A stretch of 33,728 bases of DNA. Source: Basidiobolus ranarum. Its lineage: Eukaryota. Position 1 is the first letter of the stretch. The number at the start of each line of letters is the position of its first letter. A model generated the notes under the pieces. It saw nothing but the letters and a program-made list of their open reading frames with translations. It made no database searches and was not told the DNA's origin. Positions 1 through 13,250 of the stretch are shown one piece after another. The stretch covers positions 1-33,728 of the forward strand of contig JASJQH010000071.1 of assembly GCA_040143965.1 (NCBI GenBank), written 5' to 3'. Position numbers and translations under genes: made by a program.

Positions 1-917
1 AAGCCTTTTCTAATGAGAATGTATATCTTTCTCCTAATGGTAGAAAACCGTCGGAGTAACTGATTTGAATATTCGGAGCTGTCGATTTGGACATCCCTCT
101 TTGGTTTTGGTCGCTAACGAATATTTTCGGCATAGCTGTGTGTTCTGCCACTTACAACATTAGGCCTGGATACCTGGTATTGCTGGGTGATTAATTAGGC
201 CAATGTATGGAGTAATATATGTGAGTATGGTAGAGGACAAGATCGAACCTATGTTTGGTACAAAAATCACAAGGTAATAGCAGTAGGTTGGCATGAAGTC
301 AAAGATACGGTACTTTAGCTTGGCTATTATTCACGGACGTACTTGATGACAATCATAAACCCATGTGTATATATTTTCGAGACTCCGTTTTGGAAATAGA
401 TTTACTTCATTAGATAAAATGAAGAACTACTGATATCCCTCTTCCTTTCGAGTTATTTGGAAGCAGATCCAAGATGAGTATCAACCATCCACATAATGAG
501 CCACCTACAAAAGTGGAATAAATTAGTGATCAGTATACATATATTAGGGAATGCTGTTTTGGTTTCTATCCCACTTCCAACCGATTTGAGCCAGCCAAGG
601 AATAAGTAACTTCATCCATATTGAATTTGTATCGACTTCAAAAGATCTGCATTGACCGGAGTATTAATCGAGTTGGGGGAAAGGAACAACGAGAAAAGAA
701 TGGACTGATCAAAAGTGCACAAAGAATATTCCATGATGCAGAGTGATCACTCGCACCTGCTTTAATTACTTACAATAGATCTTTCCCTTAGCTTCTTATT
801 CGGGTAGTTCATCGATTTTCACTCTGAATAATCATATGTCAATAGTAAAGCCTACTTTGTAGTATCAATGTCGGTAACTATCGTAGCAATAACCATGAGA
901 TTAGTAAATAATGCGAT
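1..917. repeat. Duplicated segment, copy 1 of the UNC93-like upstream region (paralogous to ~5196-6204)
   Basis: 1-109 is identical to 5196-5304. Colinear similarity with indels continues, e.g. AATCCACATAATGAGCCAC / CAAAAGTGGAATAAA at ~487-520 vs ~5735-5770, and CAATGTCG..ATGCGAT at ~866-917 vs ~6153-6204. Confidence 0.95.
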
Positions 918-3618
918 GTATTATAGCTAAAGCCATGGAACCAGGGAATAGGGCAATACACTATCTCGCAAAACTGATTACTTTTCTTTATTGCGTTTTC
1001 AAGCTATAGCCTCGGCAACATATGGCCAGTCATGCTGAAACTTTTTGTGTATGGTATTTGCATGTAAGTTACTGTCTTTGAGAGTATCATCTTTTTTGTA
1101 CCGCTACTCGGAGTTCGATACTTTTGTAGTTGGCGATTTTGCTGATTCTGTTTCAAACTGGTCGTTTTTAAGAGAGTATTGTTTAATACATATATTTGAA
1201 CTGCGTTTTTAGGTCATATAGCCTTCGGTAGGACGTCTTGACATCCTCTGAATTGGCATCTGGCAGTATTTCGTTGATATTGTACCCCTTTTCCTGGTTG
1301 TTTAAGCACAAAGTTCAAGACGTGTTTTTAGCTCAGCAAGATAATATCCAGGTTATGTTTTCATAATATTGCATGAATCCTTGCTACAGAAAAGCTCAAG
1401 ACTTTTTATCACTTTTTACTTGGCCGTTGTTATCATACTTCTCATCGGTTTCTCTTAATAAGAAACCCATCATGCTGGGTACCGAGCCTTTGTGACCATG
1501 CCTATGATGATCGCGGAGAGAGATAATCAAATGTTGGACTTGCCACCGAATACCAAAGAAAAAGAATGATAATCATAAATTGGACTTTATCATAGACGGC
1601 ACTGATTACCAAAAGACTGGTAGCCCAGACAAGGTAAAACTTCATAAAGAGTTATTTCTATGTAAGTAAGGTCATAAAAAAATATATATTCATGGCCTTT
1701 TGGCTTTAGATAGGTGTTAATTTGTAGGTGCATATTTCAAAAAACGGTTCCAGCATCAATATGATAGACTTTCACTATTTATGAGATCAGTTAACCATTT
1801 TGTAAAGAAACATAGAGTTCAGCAATTCTTTTCATCAGCACCAGTCGAGTTTATTTTTTTCCAGGCTGCTTACTTTTTAATTTCTGAGAACACGATATAA
1901 AATGTAGCAAATACCCAAAAGAACAATGCGACCGCTGACAATGTGTATGGATAATGTTAACCACTGCATATATATATACAAGGCTTCTGAGAAAAATTCA
2001 CCAAAGGTAATCTAGACTACCCTTTTATATACAACTAATGGTTATATTTATTGAGTCAAGAAACATTTACCAAGTGCTTGATTCTCAAGTCGGTCAACCA
2101 AAACTACTAATCTAGAGTACCTTCTCTGAATTGATTTATCTCTGCTTGAGATTAATGCCTGAAATAGAACTCGATTGATTAGTGACTTGACTAGATGTAG
2201 CCCCAAGATTCGCATAAATTAAGTATAGGCTGGAGTTTGATTAAATTGTACATCTTTGCCGCTTTAAATTTCCTGGCAAGAAGTGTTCCTTAGATTGAAA
2301 AACAACAAGCAAGCAGCACTCGCCATTATTGAGGCGTGTTTACTAAATACAACTCGTTTCTGTATGATGCTTAGCATGGCCACATATATGTATTGAATCA
2401 TGTATATATAGACTGCCAGGAGTACTCGGTGGAACTCGTCTTTTTTGTTATTACTCAATTAATGCGTTGCCACTCTAAGTCAAGTCTATATGAGTAAATT
2501 CCGTGTGAACCTCGGATAATATTCATTTCAGCCACTTGCTAAATTATGTTATCGTCTCTAATTGAGCATCTATCAATAATTCACAAACCAATACAAGTCA
2601 TGTTGCTATTATCTTATAGGCAGACAATGAATCTCGCCGCTTCGGTTAAACCAAATCCCTAGTTTGAATTTGGTACAGGCAGGATTCATTAGCCGCGGCC
2701 CTCTAAGCTCAGATTTCGATGACTAGTTCGAGATTTTAAATAGTAATCCTGGTTTGCCATGTCTTAATCAGGTTGATTGGTAGCGCATACTAGGTCAATA
2801 AACCATGGAAGTCATAAGCTAACACAGTACGTCTATTTGATTAATCAAATTAATCGTTTAGACAATTCCACCAAGTAAAACAAGCACAAATACCACTAGG
2901 CTCTGAGTGCAGTAATATCTTTCAGGCACTCTTATCCTTGCAATGATTGCGACACTAACCCTATATTGTTTACTTATGATTTTCATTATAATCTTCCAGA
3001 AACAGTTTCCACTACGCTTATTTCAGCATAAAAATATCATGGTATTACAACTGTCAGTATTGCCCAGTTACTAGAACCCTTCGGATGCATTTTATCTATG
3101 ATTTTTTTAGTGAAAGTACAAACTAATAGTGGAACCTAGGTACATTGTAGAGCTCAAGAACGAAGTTGGCTTAAAGAGAAAAGTCTATCTTCTAACTTAG
3201 CCAACCGCTTACTTGAAAATCCCACACTGACACTATTTCCTTCACTCTAAATTATGGCATGCTAACTAACCTTGGTAGATGAAAGCTTTATTATTTAGTA
3301 AGTGCATTGAATACAGATCATATTTCCCTAGTAATTTCAACGTGTATGATTTTATTATCCTGTTTCTTTATTGGATAACATGACCCTGATCTGTATAGTC
3401 TGTTGAGAAGCAAGAGCACTCCTACTAAGAAAATCTACTAATAACAATCACTCCGTGTATCTTGACATAATTATTAGATTCAGAAGATTATACATATTAA
3501 GCAGAACACCAAATAATATGTCAAACATTGAGAATTTATTTTGTATAACAATCATCGATCATAAATCACGGAATTATTACAAATTGATCGATAAACATCC
3601 TTTACGGGAAAAGATACT

Positions 3619-5004
3619 CTAGGCTACAGGCTTGACCTCTTCTTGCTTCTCAATATCAGTATTAGATGTATCAGTAACTTGGTTGGCAACGACCCAAGTG
3701 AATGGGAAGGAAGCTCCTAAAATAGCCCAACAAATGATGAAGACAGTCATGTAAGGAGTCTTAAGTGCATCGATTCTCCATGAGATGGCAGCACCCGCAG
3801 ATTGAATTCCCTTGTAATAGCCAGAATAACGAGCGAGGATGGTGGAGTCATTAGTCAATGTGCCCATCAACCAGTAAGCATATGTTTGAGTGGCTGCATC
3901 AAGGAAACCGTACATGCAATAGAGGAACCATCTTGACCAGAAATAATGAGGGTTGTTGAGGAAATCGTAGCCAAGGAATTTCATATTGTGCCACCTATCG
4001 ACAGTCTCACGTGTATATTTAAGTTGGAGAGCCAAACCTCCACCCCAAACAGCCATAATGAAAATGAACACACCATAGAGGCCGTAAAGAGCTCTTTGAC
4101 GACGACTCAATCTCTTTGAGTCAAGGAAAGAGCCGAGCAAGAAAGCACCAAGCATTTGGAAGGCCCAATAAAAGGCATTGTTGAAGGCACGAGTACGGGT
4201 GTTGAATAAAGCACCGTTAACATCATTGAATTGATAGGAGTAAAACCAGTTGGAAGAAATCGAAATTGGAGTCAAGAGAAGCATGTTCTTGTCTAGGAAC
4301 AGCTTCAAGATACCAACGATCTCAGTCCACACGTTGTTGAATTTCTCAACTTCAACGCGAGATCCATCGTTACGAACCATTTTCTCTGGTGGGAGGATTA
4401 GCAGTCCAATGAATCCTCCGATAATCATGATGCACATGAATGCAATGTAAGTGGAAGAGCTTACTCCACCCGAAGTTGAATGGAAGTTAAGACCCAAAGG
4501 AATGAAGGCCCCAATAACACCACCCAAGTTGAAGATGATCCAGAAGTAGCCAACACATCTTCCCTTTTGATCTTCAGATGGGTAAGACATCATGATTACT
4601 CCTTCGGCAGTCCAGAGAACACCTGCACCAATACCCAGAATTGCAGAGGCAAAAATAACAAAAAATTCACCACCAGATTGGTGAGCCTTTCCATGCTTTG
4701 TGTAAAATAGTAACGAACCAGTATAAAGAGCGTAGGTAATACCACCGGCAAACAGACACCAACGACCCCCTATCACGTTATAGATACTACCGCCGAAGAC
4801 ACCGAAGACAGCAAAAGTTGTGTACAGAGCAACAGTACCATTCTGACCGAGAGTAGGATTCTTAAGTCCAGCACCACCCATACCTGAGATGACGTTGAAC
4901 ATACCAGGACAGCAGAAACAAACAAAGCCGACAAGGAGAACTTGCGTCATAGGACTGTTGTACCGAATACCAGTCCTATTCGTGATCTTTGGTAAACTGA
5001 CCAT
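3619..5004 (-). CDS. UNC93-like MFS membrane transporter (461 aa, intronless)
   Basis: About 12 hydrophobic helices. Fungal/plant UNC93-like motifs YNSP.TQV.LVGFVCFCCPGMFN..SGMGG.G, AGVLWTAEG.IMMSYP.E..KGR, FW.IFNLGGVIG, SNWFYSYQFN.VNG.LFN.RTR.FN and ARYSGYYKGIQSAGAAISW. Confidence 0.93.
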   Translation of the reverse strand: MVSLPKITNRTGIRYNSPMTQVLLVGFVCFCCPGMFNVISGMGGAGLKNPTLGQNGTVALYTTFAVFGVFGGSIYNVIGGRWCLFAGGITYALYTGSLLFYTKHGKAHQSGGEFFVIFASAILGIGAGVLWTAEGVIMMSYPSEDQKGRCVGYFWIIFNLGGVIGAFIPLGLNFHSTSGGVSSSTYIAFMCIMIIGGFIGLLILPPEKMVRNDGSRVEVEKFNNVWTEIVGILKLFLDKNMLLLTPISISSNWFYSYQFNDVNGALFNTRTRAFNNAFYWAFQMLGAFLLGSFLDSKRLSRRQRALYGLYGVFIFIMAVWGGGLALQLKYTRETVDRWHNMKFLGYDFLNNPHYFWSRWFLYCMYGFLDAATQTYAYWLMGTLTNDSTILARYSGYYKGIQSAGAAISWRIDALKTPYMTVFIICWAILGASFPFTWVVANQVTDTSNTDIEKQEEVKPVA

Positions 5005-5195
5005 CTAAAATCTAAAGTTTACTCTAATGGATGAAATATAGAAGTTTGTGAAAATTGATTTGGACTTTGATAGCTTCTGAGGGCCATATTTATAATGATT
5101 TGAAACGCTCCAAGAAATATGCACATTTGGGTTGTAGTTGCCACTGGTGGATTTGGTAATGAAACTTTTGTACGGACTAGCCATACGCCTCCACA

Positions 5196-6204
5196 AAGCC
5201 TTTTCTAATGAGAATGTATATCTTTCTCCTAATGGTAGAAAACCGTCGGAGTAACTGATTTGAATATTCGGAGCTGTCGATTTGGACATCCCTCTTTGGT
5301 TTTGTTCGCAAACAAATATTTTTGGCATAGCTGCGTATCCTGCCACCTATACCTTTAGACCAGGATGCCTTCCATTGCTGGGTGATCAATTAGGCCAATG
5401 TATATTATAATAGCAAATGCATCAAATAATATTTAATGATAGAACAAAGGACAAGACTAAACTAGCCTAAAGTATAGAAATCACAAGATCGATCGAGTGA
5501 CTAGCACGACAGTCGTGCAGATGGGAATTACCGAGCAATGTATTTTTATCACTGGCATGCTCGTAGGTAATAGGTTGGCGTGAAGTCAAAGATACGGCAC
5601 GTTAACTTGGCTGTTACTCATAGAGATACTGAGTGACCCTTAGGGACTCACTTGTATCTAGCGGAGACTCCGCTTTGGAAATAGATTTGCTTCTTTTGTG
5701 TTGCTTGGTAACTGATCTATGGTGAAAAGCAATAATCCACATAATGAGCCACGTACAAAAGTGGAATAAAGTAATGATCAATATACACTTTTAAGGAATG
5801 CTGCTTAGGTTTCTATCCCACGACCAGCCAATTTGAGAAAGTTAAGGAATAAGCAGTCTCTTCCATATTGAATTTATATCTACTTTAAAATAGCGGCATT
5901 GACAGGGGTATCAGCCAGGTTGAGGAAAAGGAAACAAAGTGAAAGGAACGAACAGACCAAAAGCGCATAAAGAATGTTCCATGATACAGAGTGAGCACTG
6001 ACACTTGTTAGACTTACATACTATAGATATTTCCCTTGGTCTTCATTAAGGAAGCTCATCCAATACTCTTATTAAAAATACTCACTCCGCATATTCCTAT
6101 GCCAATGGCTTAGTAGTATCAGGATTTATGAGTCGAGCCTGCAGTGGAGTTCCAATGTCGATAACTTTCATAACGGAAACTATGGAATTAGTAAGTCATG
6201 CGAT
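5196..6204. repeat. Duplicated segment, copy 2 (promoter/upstream region of the UNC93-like gene)
   Basis: Colinear match to 1-917. It carries a ~78 bp insertion (~5488-5565) that is absent from copy 1. Confidence 0.93.
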
Positions 6205-9200
6205 TATGGTCTGCTATACATTCAACCTACAGGAAATAACCCACGTAATGAAATTGTAATGCAGCATGTCCCATCAGATAGTCTTCTGCTCAGTTAAGGG
6301 TGCTGTGGCAACGAACTCTGAATGTAGTGTTCACTATTGCACAAGCTAGTTGTAAATCATGGTCAAGTACACAGAATAAAATATGAGAAACTCAAGAATA
6401 ATATTTTATTTGAGCTTATTATTATTGTAGTATGCGACAGGATCTACCAAATTTACCCGTGTTCGTTTATACCTCAGCAGCCACTGTTGGTATGGTGATT
6501 ATTTTAAGCACATGATCTTATGAACCATGTCGGATAAACCAGATTCACAATAAACGATTTACTGAGCCAATATAATCACTGCAGGTAATCCTTGTTTGTG
6601 GGTATTTTCTCAATCAGATTGGATGGATAGTGGGTGCTAGAGCAGCAGACCATAACAGCATAAATTCAATGGACTATGGCGTTATTTACCAATCCCATGA
6701 TTTTCACCACGATAAATATAGATTTGAAGGTTCTAAGGGAGGCTCGACTCACATCATAAGCCCAGATACTACTAGGTCATGGAAGTAGGGATTTACAGAG
6801 TATTGCTTCATATTTTACCATACTGAGTTCAACAATATGGTGCGAAAAACTCTCACTGACAGCTTGCGAGAAAACGCGTTGGGAAGGGGAGAGTTAAACG
6901 TGAAAGTCAATGGGAGATGTAAGTCAGGATGAGAAAATAAAGAATCATTGTTGAGGAGAAATTGTTGATGGCTATCTTCACCTTAACCGACGCGAAATCA
7001 ATTCCGGAGATTTTGTGAGAGACTTATTATCAACATCTGGATGAGGAAGCAATGAATAGCGGTGAGGTCAATCAATTTCCCTCAAGATGGCGGAAATTAA
7101 TTGACCAGATCTGACAGTTAATAATAGGGGAATTAACGGATGAAATACCTTAACATATTCTTAAACTCTAAGTATACAGATATCCCCACTAAGTTGTGTC
7201 CTACTAACGAGAGTATACAGTAAGCCATAATTGATTACCAGAACTAGCGGTGCGGAATAAGCAGTACGTGAGTTTAGAGCGCCGCAATACCAACACTTTG
7301 AAACTTCACCCAGGGCATTGGCATAACTATGGAAATGGGAATACACTAAAGAGTATATTATAAATTGCCTCACTAGCCCTGAAAATGGGTGGCGTTCATG
7401 CATGTTACTAATATTTCACGGTTGAGGTTGAAGCGCAGCTTTGAAGTAAAACCAGGAATTTAGTTTATCCGCAGCAGTTCACACAATATTATATGCTAGG
7501 ATGATATGAACCTTGACGATATTGGCTTGAGGTATTAATAAATCCCTAATCAGTAATGATAGTGGGCTAGAAGTGGCTGAAAGTAGTATCCCGGAATCTC
7601 GCTGTATTTCGCCACTTTGACCAATATGGTTAATCACGTCATTCGGCACGTACTTAACTAGCAATATATTCACATGAATATTCTTATTCCTTCTTTATTC
7701 TACACCTTATACAGCCTAGTTTCGAACCACATGGCTTTTGATTGGATGAATCTAATATTTCCTTGAAATATATCATGAGGTATTATTCTAGGACTACTCA
7801 TCCGTCCAATGCATATTTGAGCCTGAGCTTGCCCCTGTGTCCATGTATTTCAAATTGATGAGCATCGCACAGGCACTCAATTGAGGCGAATAATTCATAA
7901 TGGCTTATCCTGAATGAGCACAGCTATTGACAATGCGATCTACTCCACTCAATTTATCTCTTACCAAATGTCATGCCTAACGTAAAGGCTCAACGTCCTG
8001 TTGATTCAGAGCCAATATTGTCCTATTCGTTAGGGTTGATTTAAAATATTTGAAATTAACCAGTATTATGAGCTTTTTTAGTTATTAGATACTCATTAAG
8101 GAATGAGCCACACGCCCCAAGCCAATGACATTCAAAGCGATCTACCACATTCTATGCTTACCAGCTGATAACGGCCTTATCAGTAGCTTCTGTGGAATTC
8201 TCAAATTCACCCACACACGTTATATTTTGCAGACTGTAATAATAATACACTAAGCGTAATCCCTAAAACCTCTCGAAATTCACTCCATTAAGCTGAAATG
8301 ACTGGCTTGCAACAGACTACAACAATTCGCTGGACAAGATATCTTAGAAATTAAGCATCGTCCCACTAGAGAGTGAATTATATGGTCACCATTTTGCTCT
8401 ACATTTGTATGTGGCACACTTTGTGGATGCGTAATGGTCATATTTACACAAGTGTCAACTGAAAGGAGAAGACATATAGAAATCAAAGATCCTATTTTTC
8501 TGTTCAAGTAAATCTATTCCCAAAACAGAGTCATTAATGTTTACAAGCAAAGCTGTAATGGCTATTCAATCACTCTATAAATACTACTCAACTTAAAGGA
8601 CTGCGCCTTTGATACCGCATTCTCATATGTATTTTGGATGAAAAAGTTCATACTAGGTAATTACCGTGGTATATGTCCGAGTGTTAGTTGATTTAGGACT
8701 TTTTATATTCATGCCATGGATATCGATTCATGACTGGCTTAATGTGCTCAATATGATTACACTGTTTCCATCTTCTTACGTATTTGCTCTTCCAGCGAGA
8801 TGTTTTGCAAAGTTATTGGGAGGCTTACATTGGACTCCACCGTACGCCTATCTATTCTTTACTCACAAGATTGTACATTAGGTGATACGGATAGCACTAG
8901 TTCTTTAGGTTGAGAATAGAACATCATCAATACCAGATACCTTGTGTAGATTTAAATGTATATAATATATAGGCGTGATGTGGTTATTTCTGAAGTACTT
9001 CGTCAAAGTAGAATCATGAGCACTTCCCCATTATTCGGAAACATGACTTTCATTTTGTGGGGCTATATTGTCAATTCTCTACCGAAATTACATCCTCTTT
9101 TTTAACGTAGCTATACAAGAGTATTATACGGAAGTCTGGAATATTCTGGGGAGATATGTTCTCTAGATCTATTTCTATATTCTCATGGTCGTATAGGGCC

Positions 9201-10250
9201 ATGGCAAAGATTTATAATTATCCCTCCAATAACATCTTTCTGATCGCGATGGCTCAAAAGACATATCAACAGCCGTTAATTAATTCTTATGTGAGACAAT
9301 ATATATTGATAACATACTTGCATTCGCAAATTTGGTAAATACCCCGATCAGCTAGGCACTTCAAACCAGCGCCAATTTGGGGAACTAATCGAGATTTTGT
9401 GATCCGGTCTTTCAAAAGAAATCCTACATGATAGCTAAGCACTGGCTAAAACATTTTACGAGATAATGGCTTAGTAAAGTAGAGCAATACTGATTGAAAC
9501 CCATCAAATGGCATCATAAGATTGGTCTGAATATCCATTTGAACATAAACTTATTTAATGATAGATGAGAAAGAAATGGATATACACTGACTTTGAAACT
9601 ACGAACTGTGAATATACACTATCGCGCAAAATGGATTCTCTTTTGTTGCAATTATTTTTCAAGTGACAATATCTCTTTACTTCATAATTCAACTTTATAT
9701 TCAACACACAGTTCAATCAGAGCCCGAACAATAGTGGCTGACATCATGGCAGAGATTTCATATACTGCTAAGGCTACGGCGCCTACGACACCAGAAGCAA
9801 AGTTGGCATCAATTGCCTAAATATTGCGCATTATCATGCCTCAAGTATAATAATATTGTTAGTGTATTCATCGACAGCTTTCAATTCATGCCAATCTTTG
9901 ACATAAATTTCACTGATATTTGATGTGTTGGATACTTAATCTTTTTTCAACATCTTAGTTAACTTTGGTTATGATATGTATACCAGAAGCAAGAAAGCCT
10001 TATATCTATAGCCCCAATTTTCTAATGAGGAATATCTGCATATCTATAGAACTAATATGTCTTATTATACAAACCCCAGAATATCATAGTTATTCCTTTT
10101 AATGAGCCCTATTTATTACATATACCTATTATCACTAGCCAAATTCATCAAGTTACTTGAATTCTTACAATCATTTCACTCCTGTAAAGAAATGACCCAG
10201 GTGAAAATGAAAATTGGAAGATGGTGAAACAACTTAATGTTGAAATTAAA

Positions 10251-10550
10251 ATAGGCTGAGTATCTATATAGTCTTATATGGCCTAGTATTTAGCTATTTG
10301 ATATTTCCCTAAGATATCACCCACTATAGATTTGTCAAACTAGTCCTAGAGGCCCTACACTATGCATCTGGGAGCTTTTATAACACATTCAGCATATTTG
10401 TTTGTTTATCTGATTAAAAAACTACATATCTGAGAATTCCAAGTTAGTAAACATATTATAAGTAGATTCCTCTTGAGAGTAATGGGAAATATCTTAGTTC
10501 AATATAGGATAACTATATGCTAATCTATATATGACTATATAAGTGCTTAC
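10251..10550. mobile_element. Degenerate MITE-like element, ~300 bp with ~70 bp terminal inverted repeats
   Basis: 10251-10327 (+) and 10481-10550 (-) are inward-facing copies of the same ~70 bp sequence (core TATATAGTC.TATAT...TAG.TAT....ATT...CTAAGATAT). A third copy lies at 22978-23054. Confidence 0.6.
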
Positions 10551-10815
10551 AGAATACTAATTTCAGCAACAGTTTGGTTAATATGCCAGCAATCATGTTT
10601 TCTGTAGAGCAATAGGTTAAGTTCATAAACTTGTTCTCTATAGTCTCTCTAATTAAGTGCTGCCTAATATCTATGTGCTTGCTTCTAGTGTAAAATGTGG
10701 GACTCCTAGCCAACTAGATGTAACTGTATTTATCTCAAAATAAAGTAGTTGGTGAATTTTGTGAAAAGCCCATATCTGTTAGGAGCTTTCTTAACCATAT
10801 TGCTTCTTTTGTTGC
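10548..10815 (-). mobile_element. Ty1/copia retrotransposon RNase H relic (pseudogenised)
   Basis: Minus-strand translation ATKEAIWLRKLLTDMGFSQNSPTTLF*DKYSYI*LARSPTFYTRSKHIDIRQHLIRE...YCSTENMIAGILTK shows the classic copia RNase H motifs (EAIWLR.LL, R.KHIDIR.H..R, ADILTK-like) with two in-frame stops. Confidence 0.92.
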
Positions 10816-12128
10816 TTATTTCAGCATTACTTAAGCCTATGGCCCGTGAAGCTACTAGTATTCTAAATTCTTACTGTGAATAATCATTGCTTCTGTGAAA
10901 GTGTACTGCACTTTTCTTATATTTGTGATCAGATATACAACTGAGCTATTTTCTATATCTTATGCAAATCAACTAACATTATGTATCGAAGTTTCACAAC
11001 TCAAGATTTGAATAAATTGATTATAAACCTTGAATTTCAAGAATTTAAACATTAATCAAGATATACTCACAATTAGTGGAGTGAGAATGTAGAGGTTTAA
11101 AATCCCTTAGAATTTGTTATCCATATTTTGAAGCCATTTCATACATCACTCCTATGAACGCAAACATTGTTTAGTCAAATATGGCATAGTTCGAAATTGG
11201 GATATATACTCATATGTGTAAGGTATGCAAGAATTAATCAAGTTGAACTTGAAAAATCATATCATCTATATTGATCTTATGAAGATACTGTATTCTTCCA
11301 TGAATATCATGATAACAAAACCACTATTTATGCTCACTAGAGTCTTTTACGGTATAAATATGTTATCCATATGTTTGTGCCACAAGCTACCTTACAATCT
11401 TCAAATGCAATACCAAGTGCAGTAAATCAATTTTCATCAGGATAGCAACGTGATTCAATTATCTCAGACAAGTACCTCTTTGTTCCCAAGTGAATTGCAA
11501 AATCTTATGCAACCTACTGTGGCACTATACAGGACACTCTGACATGATTAACTTGAATCAGGTGTGTTCCATTATATCAGGCCAAGATCCCGTAACCCCT
11601 GGCCTCATGGACCATGTCTAGTATATATTTGAGTATGTGAAAGAAGTGCTTTCCATAATTGCTTAACAGCGATTATGATTCATCTAGGATGGTAAGGATA
11701 TACAACATATCACTGAATCAAAGCAAAGACACCAAATACTTACAGTAAACTTGGATATATTGCAGATAGTTCCGTGTTTAAAGTCAGATAGAAATATGCC
11801 TACATGTTTTAATAACAAAAAAATGCATCCCGTCACGTAATTGCCAAGAGAGCATGATTTATGTTAATCAGAATTTATTGATAATAATAACCACTCATTC
11901 GATTGGTGCTTAGATCAAGTAGAAACTGAAATATACAGAACACTCCAAAATGATTAATTATTATGTGCAAATCACATTCCTATGACAAGAATGCTATACT
12001 ACACATATAAATTGGTAGAGGACTCTCGAATATTTACCAATGGCTCAATATTAATCAGTAATATTGGATTTGATTTGCTGTCTTTTACCCTCACAGGCAA
12101 TCAAGTCTGCTGAGTTATCCCGTATGAC

Positions 12129-12194
12129 AGTCATTGAGGTACAATTTATTATTGTCATTGAGTAAATATAAAATAAGTCATTGAGGTACAATTT
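12129..12194 (+). repeat. 19-bp perfect direct repeat with a partial middle copy
   Basis: AGTCATTGAGGTACAATTT at 12129-12147 and 12176-12194, plus GTCATTGAG at 12154-12162. Confidence 0.9.
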
Positions 12195-13250
12195 CCGGCA
12201 CATATTTACACAAAGGAAGTGTAATAACACCATAGCCTCCTAAATTACCCCAAGTACAGCCAATAATGACTTCACTACCAAGGAGCTGTGACATATGGAG
12301 ACCATAAAATATCTATTGAACAGTAGATCCACATAATAGCACGTCTTTCAACAGATGGTACTGGATATAAAAAATGACAGCTCTACTTTTGGTAGTAACG
12401 CCCTATCTGTAGATATAATTAATGACATTGAAGAAGTTTGGAACGGCACTCTCATAACGTCAAATTTACTCTTGCACAAGAAGGAGAGTAATAGCATCTC
12501 TGGTTCTCTATCTTGCTATATCTCCAGTTAATTCATTCAACCACAAAAAAATAGAAGAAATTCAGAGCTTGGTTAAAGTCATCCTAGAACGCTTTGTCAC
12601 TCATTGAATATTCAGTAGCAACTATCTATCTGCCGTTTACTCCCCGGAGTCTGCATCAATGCCAGATTGCTTTCACCGTTATCTTGTCGTAGTGTGTCTA
12701 GAACTGGATTGGCAGAAACTCTTTAGAAAAGACAGAAGAACTTCCAATACAACAACCAGAGAGTTCAAAGTGAACCCCAAATATGAATAACAGACCATGG
12801 GACTTTATTTCGACGGTGTGTAGAAACTTGAAACTAAGAGTTATGCAACACTGTACAAACTTCTGTACACGAATATCCTTTTGGAAACGCTCTAAGAAGC
12901 ACATCTGTTTCTCCCTCCAAGTGATTTCATATTTTCTGAGGGGTAAAATCAAAGTAACCTCTGATGTATGCTTATTTTGGTGCTTGAATTATAATGATCT
13001 GTTCTCAACATTGTAAGACTTAGATTCAGAGCAGTTCATGTTGCTAAATGATTCTCTTCTCTGATCTCTTAGCAACGCGATCAAGATGTGAAACCTGTTG
13101 AGAATAATGCCAGTTATAGGTTCGATTAGTAATCTTCTTGGTAGTACAGGATTTTGGTAGGAACATGTGTGATGAATAAGCCGCATGTGTCAAATATTTT
13201 TACTTAAAAGTTGGCCAATACCTCCACCATACTCAAGCTACATACCACCA

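Noticed and set aside
5005-5389. ORFs 5005-5346 and 5177-5389 upstream of the UNC93-like gene
   Set aside because: They cover the TATA-like promoter region, have no recognisable protein features, and 5005-5346 is separated from the CDS by a TAG. Most likely chance ORFs.
6760-7115. Purine-rich, coding-like stretch with broken frames
   Set aside because: Multiple stops and no recognisable family or consistent splice model.
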